From a virus: a stretch of 36,452 nt of DNA. A program made the translations under genes and the position numbers. Position 1 is the first letter of the stretch. Each line of letters opens with the position of its first letter. Under the pieces are notes generated by a model. That model was not told the origin of the DNA. It did not search any database and saw only the letters and a program-made list of their open reading frames with translations. Below are positions 6,031-14,167 of the stretch, one piece after another. The stretch is from positions 1 through 36,452 of IMG/VR virus record IMGVR_UViG_3300045988_087108. One strand, written 5' to 3'.

Positions 6031-8157
6031 ATGAGAATGCGAAGAGTGATAAAGAACTTAATAGGGGGGACAGCGTTCCAAGACGTACCTCACATTGACC
6101 TGGACAAATACTTGACTGGAGACTTCACCAGTGGAAGCTCACGTATGAACAACTACTCATCAAAACGCTCACAATTGAGAGCTAACATAGGCTGGGTGTT
6201 TGCTGCCAACAGTGCGATATCAGAAGAGTGTGCCTCAGTGGAGTTGAAACTATACAAAAAGAGAAAGAATGGCGACCGAGAGGAAATCTTTGACCACGAA
6301 ATCCTAGACTTACTGAAGAGACCGAACGGCTGGCTCAGAGGCTCACAGTTCTGGAGCTTGTACTATCAATACATGAACCTCACAGGAGAAGCCTACATTC
6401 TGAAAATGCGGAACGGGGAAATCATGGATGTTGCCTCTGACCAGTTACCACATGCCTTACACGTTGTACCGTCTCACCTAGCAAACTTGAAACTGGGGGA
6501 CAGCCGAGAAGACAGTGTGGTGAACTTCCTAGGACACGATATCCCTCTTGATTGCTTTATCCGAGATATTAACCCAGACCCAGACAATCCGTATCAAGGT
6601 AGAAGTATCATCAAAGCTTCAGCCATGGCGTTAGACACGGACTACCGAATGCGAGAGTGGAACAGGGGATTATTCGCCAACGCAGCACGACCATCAGCTG
6701 TACTAGAAGTACCAGACGTAATGACCGATGAAGTCTACCAAAGATTAAGCAAGCAAATGGACGAGGCTCATGCGGGCAGTGATAACGCCTTTAAGCAGAT
6801 TATCCTGGAGGGTGGAGCTAAGTTAGTGCCGTACTCTCTTAACCAGCAAGACCTAGACTTCCTAGAATCACGGAAGTTCTCCAAAGACGAGATATTCGCT
6901 ATGTTCAGAACCTCACCGTCTATCGTAGGGATGACCGAAGATGTGAACCGAGCCAACGCTGAAGCTCAAGACTACACCATGGCAAAGCGCGTGGTGTTGC
7001 CACGAGTGAGAGGACTGAAAGAGTTATTGAACGTTGAGCTGGTGGAGAAATACGACCCAGCACTAGAGATTGACTTTGTGAACCCAATCCCAGAAGACAA
7101 AGCCCAGGAGTTAGCAGAGGACGCTCAAGGAGTGAACAAGTGGTTGACGATTGATGAAGTGAGAGAGAAGCGAGGACTGCCACCGTTAGAGAATGGAGCA
7201 GGAGCGGTTCTGTATCGACCTTTGAACGAAGTGCCGATTGACATGTTGACAGACATAGTAAAACCAGAGACGGAAGCCCCACAAGAGAGCGAAACCCCAA
7301 CAGAGGAGGGTGAGAAGAGCCAAAAAAAAGATGAGGACGAGCTGGAAGCAATAGGCGAGGCGAAATCCGTCTTGTACACCCGACAGGCGAGACAGTACGA
7401 GAACCTCATTCTAAGAGCCTCTAAGGCGATGTTTAACGCACAGAGGGAAGATGTGTTGAAATGGTTGCAGAACGCCCTCAAAACGTATCCTACAGCCTCA
7501 CAGAAGCAAAAAAAGGAAATGCTGGACGACATGGCAGACTGGGAGAAGTACCAATCAGAGTTTGCAGCGACAATGAAACGGATATACGCCATGATAATCG
7601 AGGAGACGGGGAAAGACGCACTGGACGCACTCAATCTGAACGACGATATCCTATTCGACCCAATCAGTCTCAGGATACAGAGGTTCTTGGAGACCGAGCC
7701 GCTGAAAGCCTCCACCACCATCACCGAGGAGACCAAGAAGCAGATACGGGCAGCATTGTCTCAGGGAATGATGAACGGGGACAGTCTCCATGAATTAACT
7801 GAGAAAGTAAATCAGATATTCGGATACGCAGCACAAGACCGAGCCTACAAGATAGCAGAGAGCGAGACCACGAGAAGCCAGGGCTTTGCAGATGTGGAAG
7901 CGTGGAAGCAGTCGGGACAAGTAACCGCCAAACGCTGGTACACATCAAAAGACGAACGAGTGTGCAAGTTTTGCGGGACTATGCACAACAGGACAGTCTC
8001 AATTGACGACAATTTCTATAACAAGGGGGACAGTATGGTAGTGCCGAGAGAGAACAAGAGCGACGCCGTATTGAACTTTAACTATGAGGATATCGCCCAC
8101 CAACCGCTACATGTGAGGTGTCGCTGTGTGCTACTACCCGTGATGAAAGATTTGTAG
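6031..8157 (+). CDS. Portal protein (HK97-family portal, about residues 1-410) fused to a MuF / SPP1 gp7-like head morphogenesis domain (about residues 445-708).
   Basis: Portal-like NPDPDNPYQGRSIIKASAMALDTDYRMREWNRGLFANAARPSAVLEV. Acidic linker ETEAPQESETPTEEGEKSQKKDEDE. MuF-like ESETTRSQGFADVEAWKQSG...WYTSKDERVCKFCGTMHN...CRC. Confidence 0.8.
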   Translation: MRMRRVIKNLIGGTAFQDVPHIDLDKYLTGDFTSGSSRMNNYSSKRSQLRANIGWVFAANSAISEECASVELKLYKKRKNGDREEIFDHEILDLLKRPNGWLRGSQFWSLYYQYMNLTGEAYILKMRNGEIMDVASDQLPHALHVVPSHLANLKLGDSREDSVVNFLGHDIPLDCFIRDINPDPDNPYQGRSIIKASAMALDTDYRMREWNRGLFANAARPSAVLEVPDVMTDEVYQRLSKQMDEAHAGSDNAFKQIILEGGAKLVPYSLNQQDLDFLESRKFSKDEIFAMFRTSPSIVGMTEDVNRANAEAQDYTMAKRVVLPRVRGLKELLNVELVEKYDPALEIDFVNPIPEDKAQELAEDAQGVNKWLTIDEVREKRGLPPLENGAGAVLYRPLNEVPIDMLTDIVKPETEAPQESETPTEEGEKSQKKDEDELEAIGEAKSVLYTRQARQYENLILRASKAMFNAQREDVLKWLQNALKTYPTASQKQKKEMLDDMADWEKYQSEFAATMKRIYAMIIEETGKDALDALNLNDDILFDPISLRIQRFLETEPLKASTTITEETKKQIRAALSQGMMNGDSLHELTEKVNQIFGYAAQDRAYKIAESETTRSQGFADVEAWKQSGQVTAKRWYTSKDERVCKFCGTMHNRTVSIDDNFYNKGDSMVVPRENKSDAVLNFNYEDIAHQPLHVRCRCVLLPVMKDL

Positions 8158-8212
8158 TATCATAAACGTAAGAAAAGGAACGAAAGAGAACAAAAAACGA
8201 ACGGAAACAAAT

Positions 8213-9136
8213 ATGAGAAAAATCACCAAACTATTCACCTCAAAATCAGTCTCTGTCAACGAGAAAGAGCGAACGGCTCAGTTTATCATCTCTGACGACC
8301 AAGTTGACCGTATGGACGAGATAGTCGAGCAGAGCTGGGACACAGGTAACTACGAGAACAACCCGATAGTCTTATGGGGACACAACCCATCAGAACCAGA
8401 GAACGTCCTAGGAACGTCACTGGGATTAGAGACAGAGAAAGGCGACGACGATGTAACACGCACCACATCTACCGTGAAGTTCAGTGAAGAGGGACTAAAC
8501 CCGAAAGCTGACATGGTGTTTAACCAGATTAAAGCTGGTATTCTTCGTACCGTGTCTGTGGGCTTCATACCTAAGACCTTTAAGACGAGCGATGACAAGA
8601 AAGATATTCTAGCCGATAATGAACTCCTGGAGTTCTCTATCGTGCCTATTCCTGCCAATCCACGTGCGGTAGCGTTAGCATTCAAAGAGGGTACTATTTC
8701 ACGTAAAGACGCACGGTTCATGATTGATTCTATGAACAAAGAGGCGCAACTGTTGCAAGAAGAGTTAGATAGTGATAAAAATAAAGAAGAACAAGAAAGG
8801 AAAACAAAAACAATGAGCGACGAAGACATTCAGAAAATCGCAGAGGCAATGAGTACAGCATTCAATGAGGCGTTTGCCCCAGTTATTGAAAAACTAGACG
8901 CAATCGCTGACAAGGTCGGTGCAGAGGACAACGAAGACAGCGACAGTGAAAGCGATAATAGCGAAAACCAAGACGGCGAAAAGCAGGCGAAATCAGAAGC
9001 TGAAACAGCTAAAGAGGGCGAGAACGACCACTCTGGTGCTGATGAGGTAGATGAGGACACCGAGCTAACTCCGGAGCAAGAGGAAGAGTTTGCGAAAGAG
9101 TTTGAGAAAGCCCTCAAGGAAGAGCAAGAAAAATAG
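8213..9136 (+). CDS. HK97-family prohead protease (S78-like) with an acidic, coiled C-terminal extension.
   Basis: FIISDDQVDRMDEIV...NPIVLWGHN...VSVGFIP...LEFSIVPIPANPRA. Lies between the portal and major capsid genes. Confidence 0.8.
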   Translation: MRKITKLFTSKSVSVNEKERTAQFIISDDQVDRMDEIVEQSWDTGNYENNPIVLWGHNPSEPENVLGTSLGLETEKGDDDVTRTTSTVKFSEEGLNPKADMVFNQIKAGILRTVSVGFIPKTFKTSDDKKDILADNELLEFSIVPIPANPRAVALAFKEGTISRKDARFMIDSMNKEAQLLQEELDSDKNKEEQERKTKTMSDEDIQKIAEAMSTAFNEAFAPVIEKLDAIADKVGAEDNEDSDSESDNSENQDGEKQAKSEAETAKEGENDHSGADEVDEDTELTPEQEEEFAKEFEKALKEEQEK

Positions 9137-9161
9137 GAAAACAGAAAGAAAGGAAAAGACA

Positions 9162-10244
9162 ATGGGAATGACCATTAAAGAGCTGGCAGCTAAAAAGGCT
9201 AAAGAAGCAGCAGCAGCAGCCGCAAAAAACGCAGTCGTGGGTAAAGGTGAGGAAACCAAAGAAGCAGACCGCGAGAAAGACTTGAACAGCCGTTTCTACA
9301 AGGCTTTGGCAAACAAAGATATTGCGGAACTGAAAGCTTTGAACGAAGAGTTCGAGAAAGACTACAAAGCTAAAGGACAGAGCGTTGGCACTGACGCAGA
9401 CGGTGGATACCTTGTCCCGACGACTTTGGACACTCAGATTCGTGAGAAGCTCCGTGTATTAAGCCCTATCCGCCAAATCGCGACGGTTCTGTCGAACATG
9501 CCAGCAGACTTAACTCTGCCGCTTGAGGGTACGTTGCCAACCACTTACTGGGTAGGTGAGGGTGTTGCCCCAACGGAGAGCAAGCAGACCTTTGACATTG
9601 CTAAGATGAAAGCTCACAAGCTGGGTGGCTTTGGCAAGTTTACCCACGAGAGCTTGGTTGACACAGCTACTACTCCAAGTCTTCAGAGTTTTGTGGCTGA
9701 CCGCTTCGCACTGAGCTTGGCTATCAATGAAAACGCAGCATTCGTTGGCGGTGATGGTACTAACAAGCCGTTTGGCTTCCGCAGCTCAAAAATTACCCCT
9801 GCTGAACTGGCACAGGCGGGCGCGGCACTGGCTTGGGACGACTTAGTGAAGTTGACCTTGAAAGTGAACGCAGCGTACCGTGCAAACTCAGTCTTCGTCG
9901 TAAGCACTAAGGCACTTGGATTGATTATGACCTTGAAAGACAACACAGGTCGCCCAATCTACTTGCCAAGCTTGACCGAGGGTACACCTGCTACTCTGTT
10001 AGGACGACCAGTATATGAAGTCTCTGAAATCCCAGAGAACTTGGGTACTGGTACTAACGAAACCGAGGTGTGGTTCGGCGACTTTAAGAACTACCTCATC
10101 GGCGACCGTGAAGCTACCCGTATCAAGTTTGGTACGACTGGCACAGACCTTGAGAGCGACAAGATGTCTCTGGTTATCTTCAAGAGAGTGGCTGGTTTAC
10201 CAATCATGAGCGAAGCCTTTGCTAAGTTGACCAAGGTTAAATAG
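9162..10244 (+). CDS. Major capsid protein, HK97 fold, with an N-terminal delta/scaffold-like domain.
   Basis: DADGGYLVPTTLDTQI..., FGKFTHESL, NENAAFVGGDGTNKPFG, GRPVYEVSE. ATG 9162 (RBS AAAGGAAAAG) is preferred over 9090, which overlaps the protease gene. Confidence 0.85.
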   Translation: MGMTIKELAAKKAKEAAAAAAKNAVVGKGEETKEADREKDLNSRFYKALANKDIAELKALNEEFEKDYKAKGQSVGTDADGGYLVPTTLDTQIREKLRVLSPIRQIATVLSNMPADLTLPLEGTLPTTYWVGEGVAPTESKQTFDIAKMKAHKLGGFGKFTHESLVDTATTPSLQSFVADRFALSLAINENAAFVGGDGTNKPFGFRSSKITPAELAQAGAALAWDDLVKLTLKVNAAYRANSVFVVSTKALGLIMTLKDNTGRPIYLPSLTEGTPATLLGRPVYEVSEIPENLGTGTNETEVWFGDFKNYLIGDREATRIKFGTTGTDLESDKMSLVIFKRVAGLPIMSEAFAKLTKVK

Positions 10245-10277
10245 TAGGTAAGTAGTAAGGTAAGAGAGGAGAAAGCT

Positions 10278-10442
10278 ATGTTGGTAAAGTTCAATGTCGA
10301 TATCTACCCATACTGTAAGGGCGATGTGGTGAAGCTGGACGGTCGTGAGAAAGCACGCGTCGATGAAGCAGCAGAAGCACGCGATATCGCTACGCCGTAT
10401 GTTGAGGTGAAAGCTGAAGAGAAAGCAGCAGAAAAGAAATAG
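10278..10442 (+). CDS. Small hypothetical protein (54 aa), absent from the ORF track.
   Basis: ATG preceded by GAGAGGAGAAAG. Translates to MLVKFNVDIYPYCKGDVVKLDGREKARVDEAAEARDIATPYVEVKAEEKAAEKK. Followed by a terminator. Confidence 0.45.
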   Translation: MLVKFNVDIYPYCKGDVVKLDGREKARVDEAAEARDIATPYVEVKAEEKAAEKK

Positions 10443-10462
10443 TGAGGAAACTCACCGAGCAG

Positions 10463-10489
10463 AAAACTGTCCATTGCGGGCAGTTTTTT
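10463..10489 (+). terminator. Rho-independent terminator/attenuator after the capsid gene block.
   Basis: aaaactgtcc attgc gggcagtttttt: a GC-containing stem with a 5-nt loop, followed by a run of 6 T. Confidence 0.6.
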
Positions 10490-10559
10490 GTGTGGCAGAA
10501 ACAGTGAAGAAACTGCTATAATCAGAGGAAAAGTAACCCAGGAAAGGTGGTAATGACAT

Positions 10560-11147
10560 ATGGGAGCAATCACGGTAGAGAAGTTAGAACAAATTACTGG
10601 AAAGACATTCTCTGCGGAAGAGAAAAAACGTATGCAGTTGCACGTGGAGGCAGTGAATAGGTGGATTGAGGGCTATACTGGACGGGTGTTCGGAGACAAG
10701 AAGACTTTTGAAGTAACACTGGACTATGACCCTGTGGTGTTTCTACCTCATGTGGACATTAAGTCGATAGAATGCGTGGAAGTGCGAGGAACGAAATTAA
10801 AAGAGTTTAGCTGGAACTCTCAGGGACGAATTGTGCTAAGTACAGTGGGGACGTCGTTCAAGGGCGACCGTGGGGATTATGACCAAGTAAAGGTGAAATA
10901 TACAACACAGTATGACGACGGAGAAGTGCCGATGGACGTATTATTAGCAGCTTCTCAGATGATTGAGGACAACCTGAGCAACAAGAATGGCTCTAAGACC
11001 ATTTCTAGTGCCTCCACAGGCGGTTATTCCATAACTTACGGTTCTGGTACAGGGAATACATCTAGCGGCGCTCAGAGCGGCTCTGGTGTGGGCGAGCAGG
11101 GAAGCGTGGCGATGATATTGAACGCGTATCGACTAAGGAGAGTGTGA
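10560..11147 (+). CDS. Head-tail connector (gp6-like adaptor).
   Basis: N-terminus ITVEKLEQITGKTFSAEEKKRMQLHVEAVNRWIEGYTGRVF is typical of gp6-like connectors. Position after the major capsid gene. Confidence 0.65.
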   Translation: MGAITVEKLEQITGKTFSAEEKKRMQLHVEAVNRWIEGYTGRVFGDKKTFEVTLDYDPVVFLPHVDIKSIECVEVRGTKLKEFSWNSQGRIVLSTVGTSFKGDRGDYDQVKVKYTTQYDDGEVPMDVLLAASQMIEDNLSNKNGSKTISSASTGGYSITYGSGTGNTSSGAQSGSGVGEQGSVAMILNAYRLRRV

Positions 11148-11464
11148 TGTTGTTGCTGAACCACAGCGCGAAAGTCTTTAGGAAGACCCAGGTGGGGACG
11201 GGAATATCCAGAAAGTACGGTGATAATCCTGTGAGTGTGATTAAATGCCTAGCCCAGCCCATGTCTGACAAAGACGCAGTGGCGAATGGATACGAGATAG
11301 GGCAGGCTTATACGGTGTACTGCGACGTGAACGCAGACGTGAAGTCGGGCGACAAGCTGGAAGTGATAGGCATGACGATGTACGTGCAGGGGATTAAGCG
11401 GTATGTGAACCAACCCCCTGTAAGCCATTTAGAGCTTGCCTGTACGTCCACAGAGGGAAAATGA
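11144..11464 (+). CDS. Head closure / head-tail joining protein (SPP1 gp16-like).
   Basis: About 105 aa. Pattern VYCDVNADVKSGDKLEVIGMTMYVQGIKRY. Overlapping ATGA start. Synteny. Confidence 0.6.
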   Translation: MMLLLNHSAKVFRKTQVGTGISRKYGDNPVSVIKCLAQPMSDKDAVANGYEIGQAYTVYCDVNADVKSGDKLEVIGMTMYVQGIKRYVNQPPVSHLELACTSTEGK

Positions 11465-11465
11465 T

Positions 11466-11921
11466 ATGCGGGTCAAGATTGACGACAGAGCCTTTCAGAC
11501 AGCCTTAAAACGCGCCCCAGACACTATTAAGCAGGGAACGCACTCAATGTTAGAGCGCGCTGGTATCCAAACACAGGGGATTATGCGCAGGAGAGTGAAT
11601 GTAGGCGTTTCGGGAGAACTCAGGAAGTCAATCAGGTACTCATTCGAGAACTTTTTAACCATATCAGTGTATCCAGCAGCAAAACACGCTGCCCCTCATG
11701 AGTACGGAACGAAACCGCACTGGGTGTCCGTAAAGAGAGGAACGCCCCTGTATCAATGGTCGAGAATGAAAGGTATCAATCCCTACGCAATGCAGCGAGC
11801 GATTGCCAAAAAAGGAACGAGACCGCACCCGTACCTTAAGAGGACGTTATTAGACGTAGACGGCGAAGTACTAGACGACTTTAACCGTGGAATGAATAGG
11901 ATTATAGAAAAGATATTGTGA
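11466..11921 (+). CDS. HK97 gp10-family tail-component protein.
   Basis: MRVKIDDRAFQTALKRAPDTIKQG...HEYGTKPHWV is typical of the gp10 family. ATG 11466 has a GAGGGAAAA RBS. Confidence 0.65.
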   Translation: MRVKIDDRAFQTALKRAPDTIKQGTHSMLERAGIQTQGIMRRRVNVGVSGELRKSIRYSFENFLTISVYPAAKHAAPHEYGTKPHWVSVKRGTPLYQWSRMKGINPYAMQRAIAKKGTRPHPYLKRTLLDVDGEVLDDFNRGMNRIIEKIL

Positions 11922-11931
11922 AAGGAGAAAC

Positions 11932-12375
11932 ATGCAGTTCATAACCAAAGATATCAAGAACTCACTCATACGAGCCTTGAAAACCCTCAAACCAACAGAG
12001 AACGGCACAGAGATACAAGAAGTAGCAGGTTCGAGCTTCCAAGTGTTCGAGGCTTATCCCTCAATCCGTGTCCTACCAGATGATGTAGACAATGAGACCG
12101 AGACTAACCGTAGCGACGAGAGAATGGCAAAGTTCACCCTCTTAACCCACATAGAGATGACAGAAACTCCAGAGAGCGAGGAGGAGGCGTACAACACTAT
12201 GTATGACCTACAAGACCTCATTATGGACAAACTCCAAGAGTATGACTGGGAGAACCTGGTGAACGTGCTACAGACACAGGTTACGTATGGCGGTTACGAG
12301 TTACTAGAGATGAACAACGGCATTAACCTGATATTCAGAATGACCGTGACTGTTAAATATTCCCGCAAAGTGTAG
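11932..12375 (+). CDS. Tail terminator / tail completion protein (positional call).
   Basis: ORF with a GGAG RBS in the expected slot before the major tail protein. Confidence 0.45.
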   Translation: MQFITKDIKNSLIRALKTLKPTENGTEIQEVAGSSFQVFEAYPSIRVLPDDVDNETETNRSDERMAKFTLLTHIEMTETPESEEEAYNTMYDLQDLIMDKLQEYDWENLVNVLQTQVTYGGYELLEMNNGINLIFRMTVTVKYSRKV

Positions 12376-12409
12376 TAAGATAAGAATAAAGAAAAGGAAA
12401 GAGAAAAAC

Positions 12410-12559
12410 ATGGACGAAAAGAAAAAGAAAGATATCCCACAAGAAGTAATCACACCTAAACGGAAATACTTTATGCCAGAGAGTGGCAAAGTAGTGGAAG
12501 CAGAGAGCTTAGAACAAGCAATTCAAGAAGATAAAAACGAACAAAAGGAGAACAAGTAA
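12410..12559 (+). CDS. Small hypothetical protein (49 aa), absent from the ORF track.
   Basis: ATG after an AAAGGAAAGAGAAAAAC leader. The stop overlaps the next start (TAATG). Confidence 0.4.
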   Translation: MDEKKKKDIPQEVITPKRKYFMPESGKVVEAESLEQAIQEDKNEQKENK

Positions 12560-13542
12560 TGGCAGAGTTTATTGGTAGGCGAGTATCAGTCGGTGTAGGA
12601 ACTGAAACCACCCGAGGCACAGCGGTAGCACCAAGCTATTGGTTTAGGCATTTATCATTGAGCTTTGGACGTAAAACCACGGCTATTCAAAACGAAAGTG
12701 CGATGGGACGCGTTGAGAAGATTAACGACTCAGCAATCGTGTCTCAGTGGGCAGAGGGGCAGTTAGAGGGTAAGGTAACCGACATCGGTGTTGGTTATTT
12801 ATTAGCTAACATCTTTGGCACGGTGAGTTCAAAGAAGAAAGCGGACGACGCTACCGTGTATGAACACTCATTTACTGTCAATCAGCTACAAACGCCGCCG
12901 ACTATGACCATTGCACGGAAAGACCCTAACTCTGACCGTCGCCACGCCCTTGGTACTTTGAGCCAGATGGAACTGTCCGTGGAAGCTGGCGACTGGGTGA
13001 AAGTGAACTGCGATATCTTGGCAAAAATGGGTACAGACACCTCAAACACCGTAGCATTTATCGAGGAAAACGAGTTCACCAGCCGTAACCTGTCTGTAAA
13101 GATGGCAAACGATGAGGCAGGACTGGCAACCGCAGCTCCAGTGGCATGTAAGAGCTTCAAAATGACGCTGAATCGCAACGCAACTACATACCTAGCATGC
13201 AACGATTCTATCGACATCACAGACATCCATACAGGCGCATACGAGCTTACAGGTGAAATGGTGCTGATTTACACCAACCAGGATTGGGAGAATAAGTACT
13301 ACAACAACACCGCTCAAGCTATGGAAGTGAACATCGAGAACAAGCAGGTGCAGATTGGTACGAAATCGCACCCAGGCTTGAAGATTAAAGCACCAAAGGT
13401 TCGTGTAAGTGAATGGAGTACGTCAAACGACCTAGACGCAGTCATTGAACAGACGTTGTCGTTCAGCATTGAATTGGACGCAACCAAGGGCAAAGCAATC
13501 GAGGCAATCTTGACCAACACTAAAGCAGACTACAACGCTTAA
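12559..13542 (+). CDS. Major tail (tube) protein.
   Basis: Position immediately upstream of the G/GT chaperone pair and the tape measure gene. No sheath gene is present, which implies a siphovirus tail. Confidence 0.6.
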   Translation: MAEFIGRRVSVGVGTETTRGTAVAPSYWFRHLSLSFGRKTTAIQNESAMGRVEKINDSAIVSQWAEGQLEGKVTDIGVGYLLANIFGTVSSKKKADDATVYEHSFTVNQLQTPPTMTIARKDPNSDRRHALGTLSQMELSVEAGDWVKVNCDILAKMGTDTSNTVAFIEENEFTSRNLSVKMANDEAGLATAAPVACKSFKMTLNRNATTYLACNDSIDITDIHTGAYELTGEMVLIYTNQDWENKYYNNTAQAMEVNIENKQVQIGTKSHPGLKIKAPKVRVSEWSTSNDLDAVIEQTLSFSIELDATKGKAIEAILTNTKADYNA

Positions 13543-13557
13543 AGAATAAGGAGGAAT

Positions 13558-13953
13558 ATGGGACGTTTAGCGCTTAACAAGAAAGTAGACATCGGCAAAC
13601 TAATTGACGGCTGGGACGGAGCTTACGTCATCGTCTCGCCAATGCTGACCAAAGACATGGCAGAGTTCGCCAACTCAAACATTGACGAGGCAGACAAAGC
13701 TCAACTGTCCGCTCAAACGCTAGAGTGGGCTAAGAAGAAGTTTGTGCGAGGCAAGGTCTATATTGAGACCGAAACTGGCAAAGAGTTGGTGGACATGCAA
13801 GTGGAAGACATCGATGAACTACCATTCGTAGTAGTTACCGAGATTTTCTCTGTCTTAGTAGGAAAAGACTTTGACCCAAAAGCTTCAGCGACGGCTCAGA
13901 GCGGCGCACTAGAGCCAACGAGCGTCGCAGCCGTTACAGGAGCGCTATCCTAA
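13558..13953 (+). CDS. Tail assembly chaperone (G-like).
   Basis: 131-aa acidic protein between the major tail protein and the tape measure. A -1 frame extension is open downstream. Confidence 0.7.
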   Translation: MGRLALNKKVDIGKLIDGWDGAYVIVSPMLTKDMAEFANSNIDEADKAQLSAQTLEWAKKKFVRGKVYIETETGKELVDMQVEDIDELPFVVVTEIFSVLVGKDFDPKASATAQSGALEPTSVAAVTGALS

Positions 13954-14144
13954 GAGGCGTTCAAATCCCTCAAGAGTTTGCACAGGAAATCCAGGGCGTA
14001 ACCTATCGAGAGCGCCTTGGATTGTCGTATCAGGAGTATTTGGAAGAGCCATATGAAGAAGTGGAGCGGGCTTTATATATCTGGAAGCTGCAAGATGAGC
14101 GTGATAAACTAGAACAAAAGAGAGCTGAACAGAAACAGCGATAA
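13558..14144 (+). CDS. Tail assembly chaperone frameshift product (GT-like), made by -1 slippage near 13875-13881.
   Basis: The -1 frame is open from the heptamer CCCAAAA through to TAA 14142-14144. It encodes ...GVQIPQEFAQEIQGVTYRERLGLSYQEYLEEPYEEVERALYIWKLQDERDKLEQKRAEQKQR and ends just before the tape measure start. Confidence 0.55.
13875..13881 (+). promoter_or_regulatory. Putative -1 programmed frameshift slippery heptamer C CCA AAA.
   Basis: Fits the X XXY YYZ pattern in the G reading frame (gaC CCA AAA gct). Confidence 0.45.
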
Positions 14145-14167
14145 AAGAGAACAAAAAGAGAACAAAC

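Noticed and set aside
9090-9161. Upstream start (9090) for the major capsid protein.
   Set aside because: It overlaps the end of the protease gene and encodes only a K/R-rich string from the purine-rich leader. ATG 9162 has proper RBS spacing.
10514-10522. Possible extended -10 promoter (TGCTATAAT) after the capsid terminator.
   Set aside because: There is no acceptable -35, and it lies only 38 nt from the next start. It may be real but is unsupported from sequence alone, so it is not listed as a feature.
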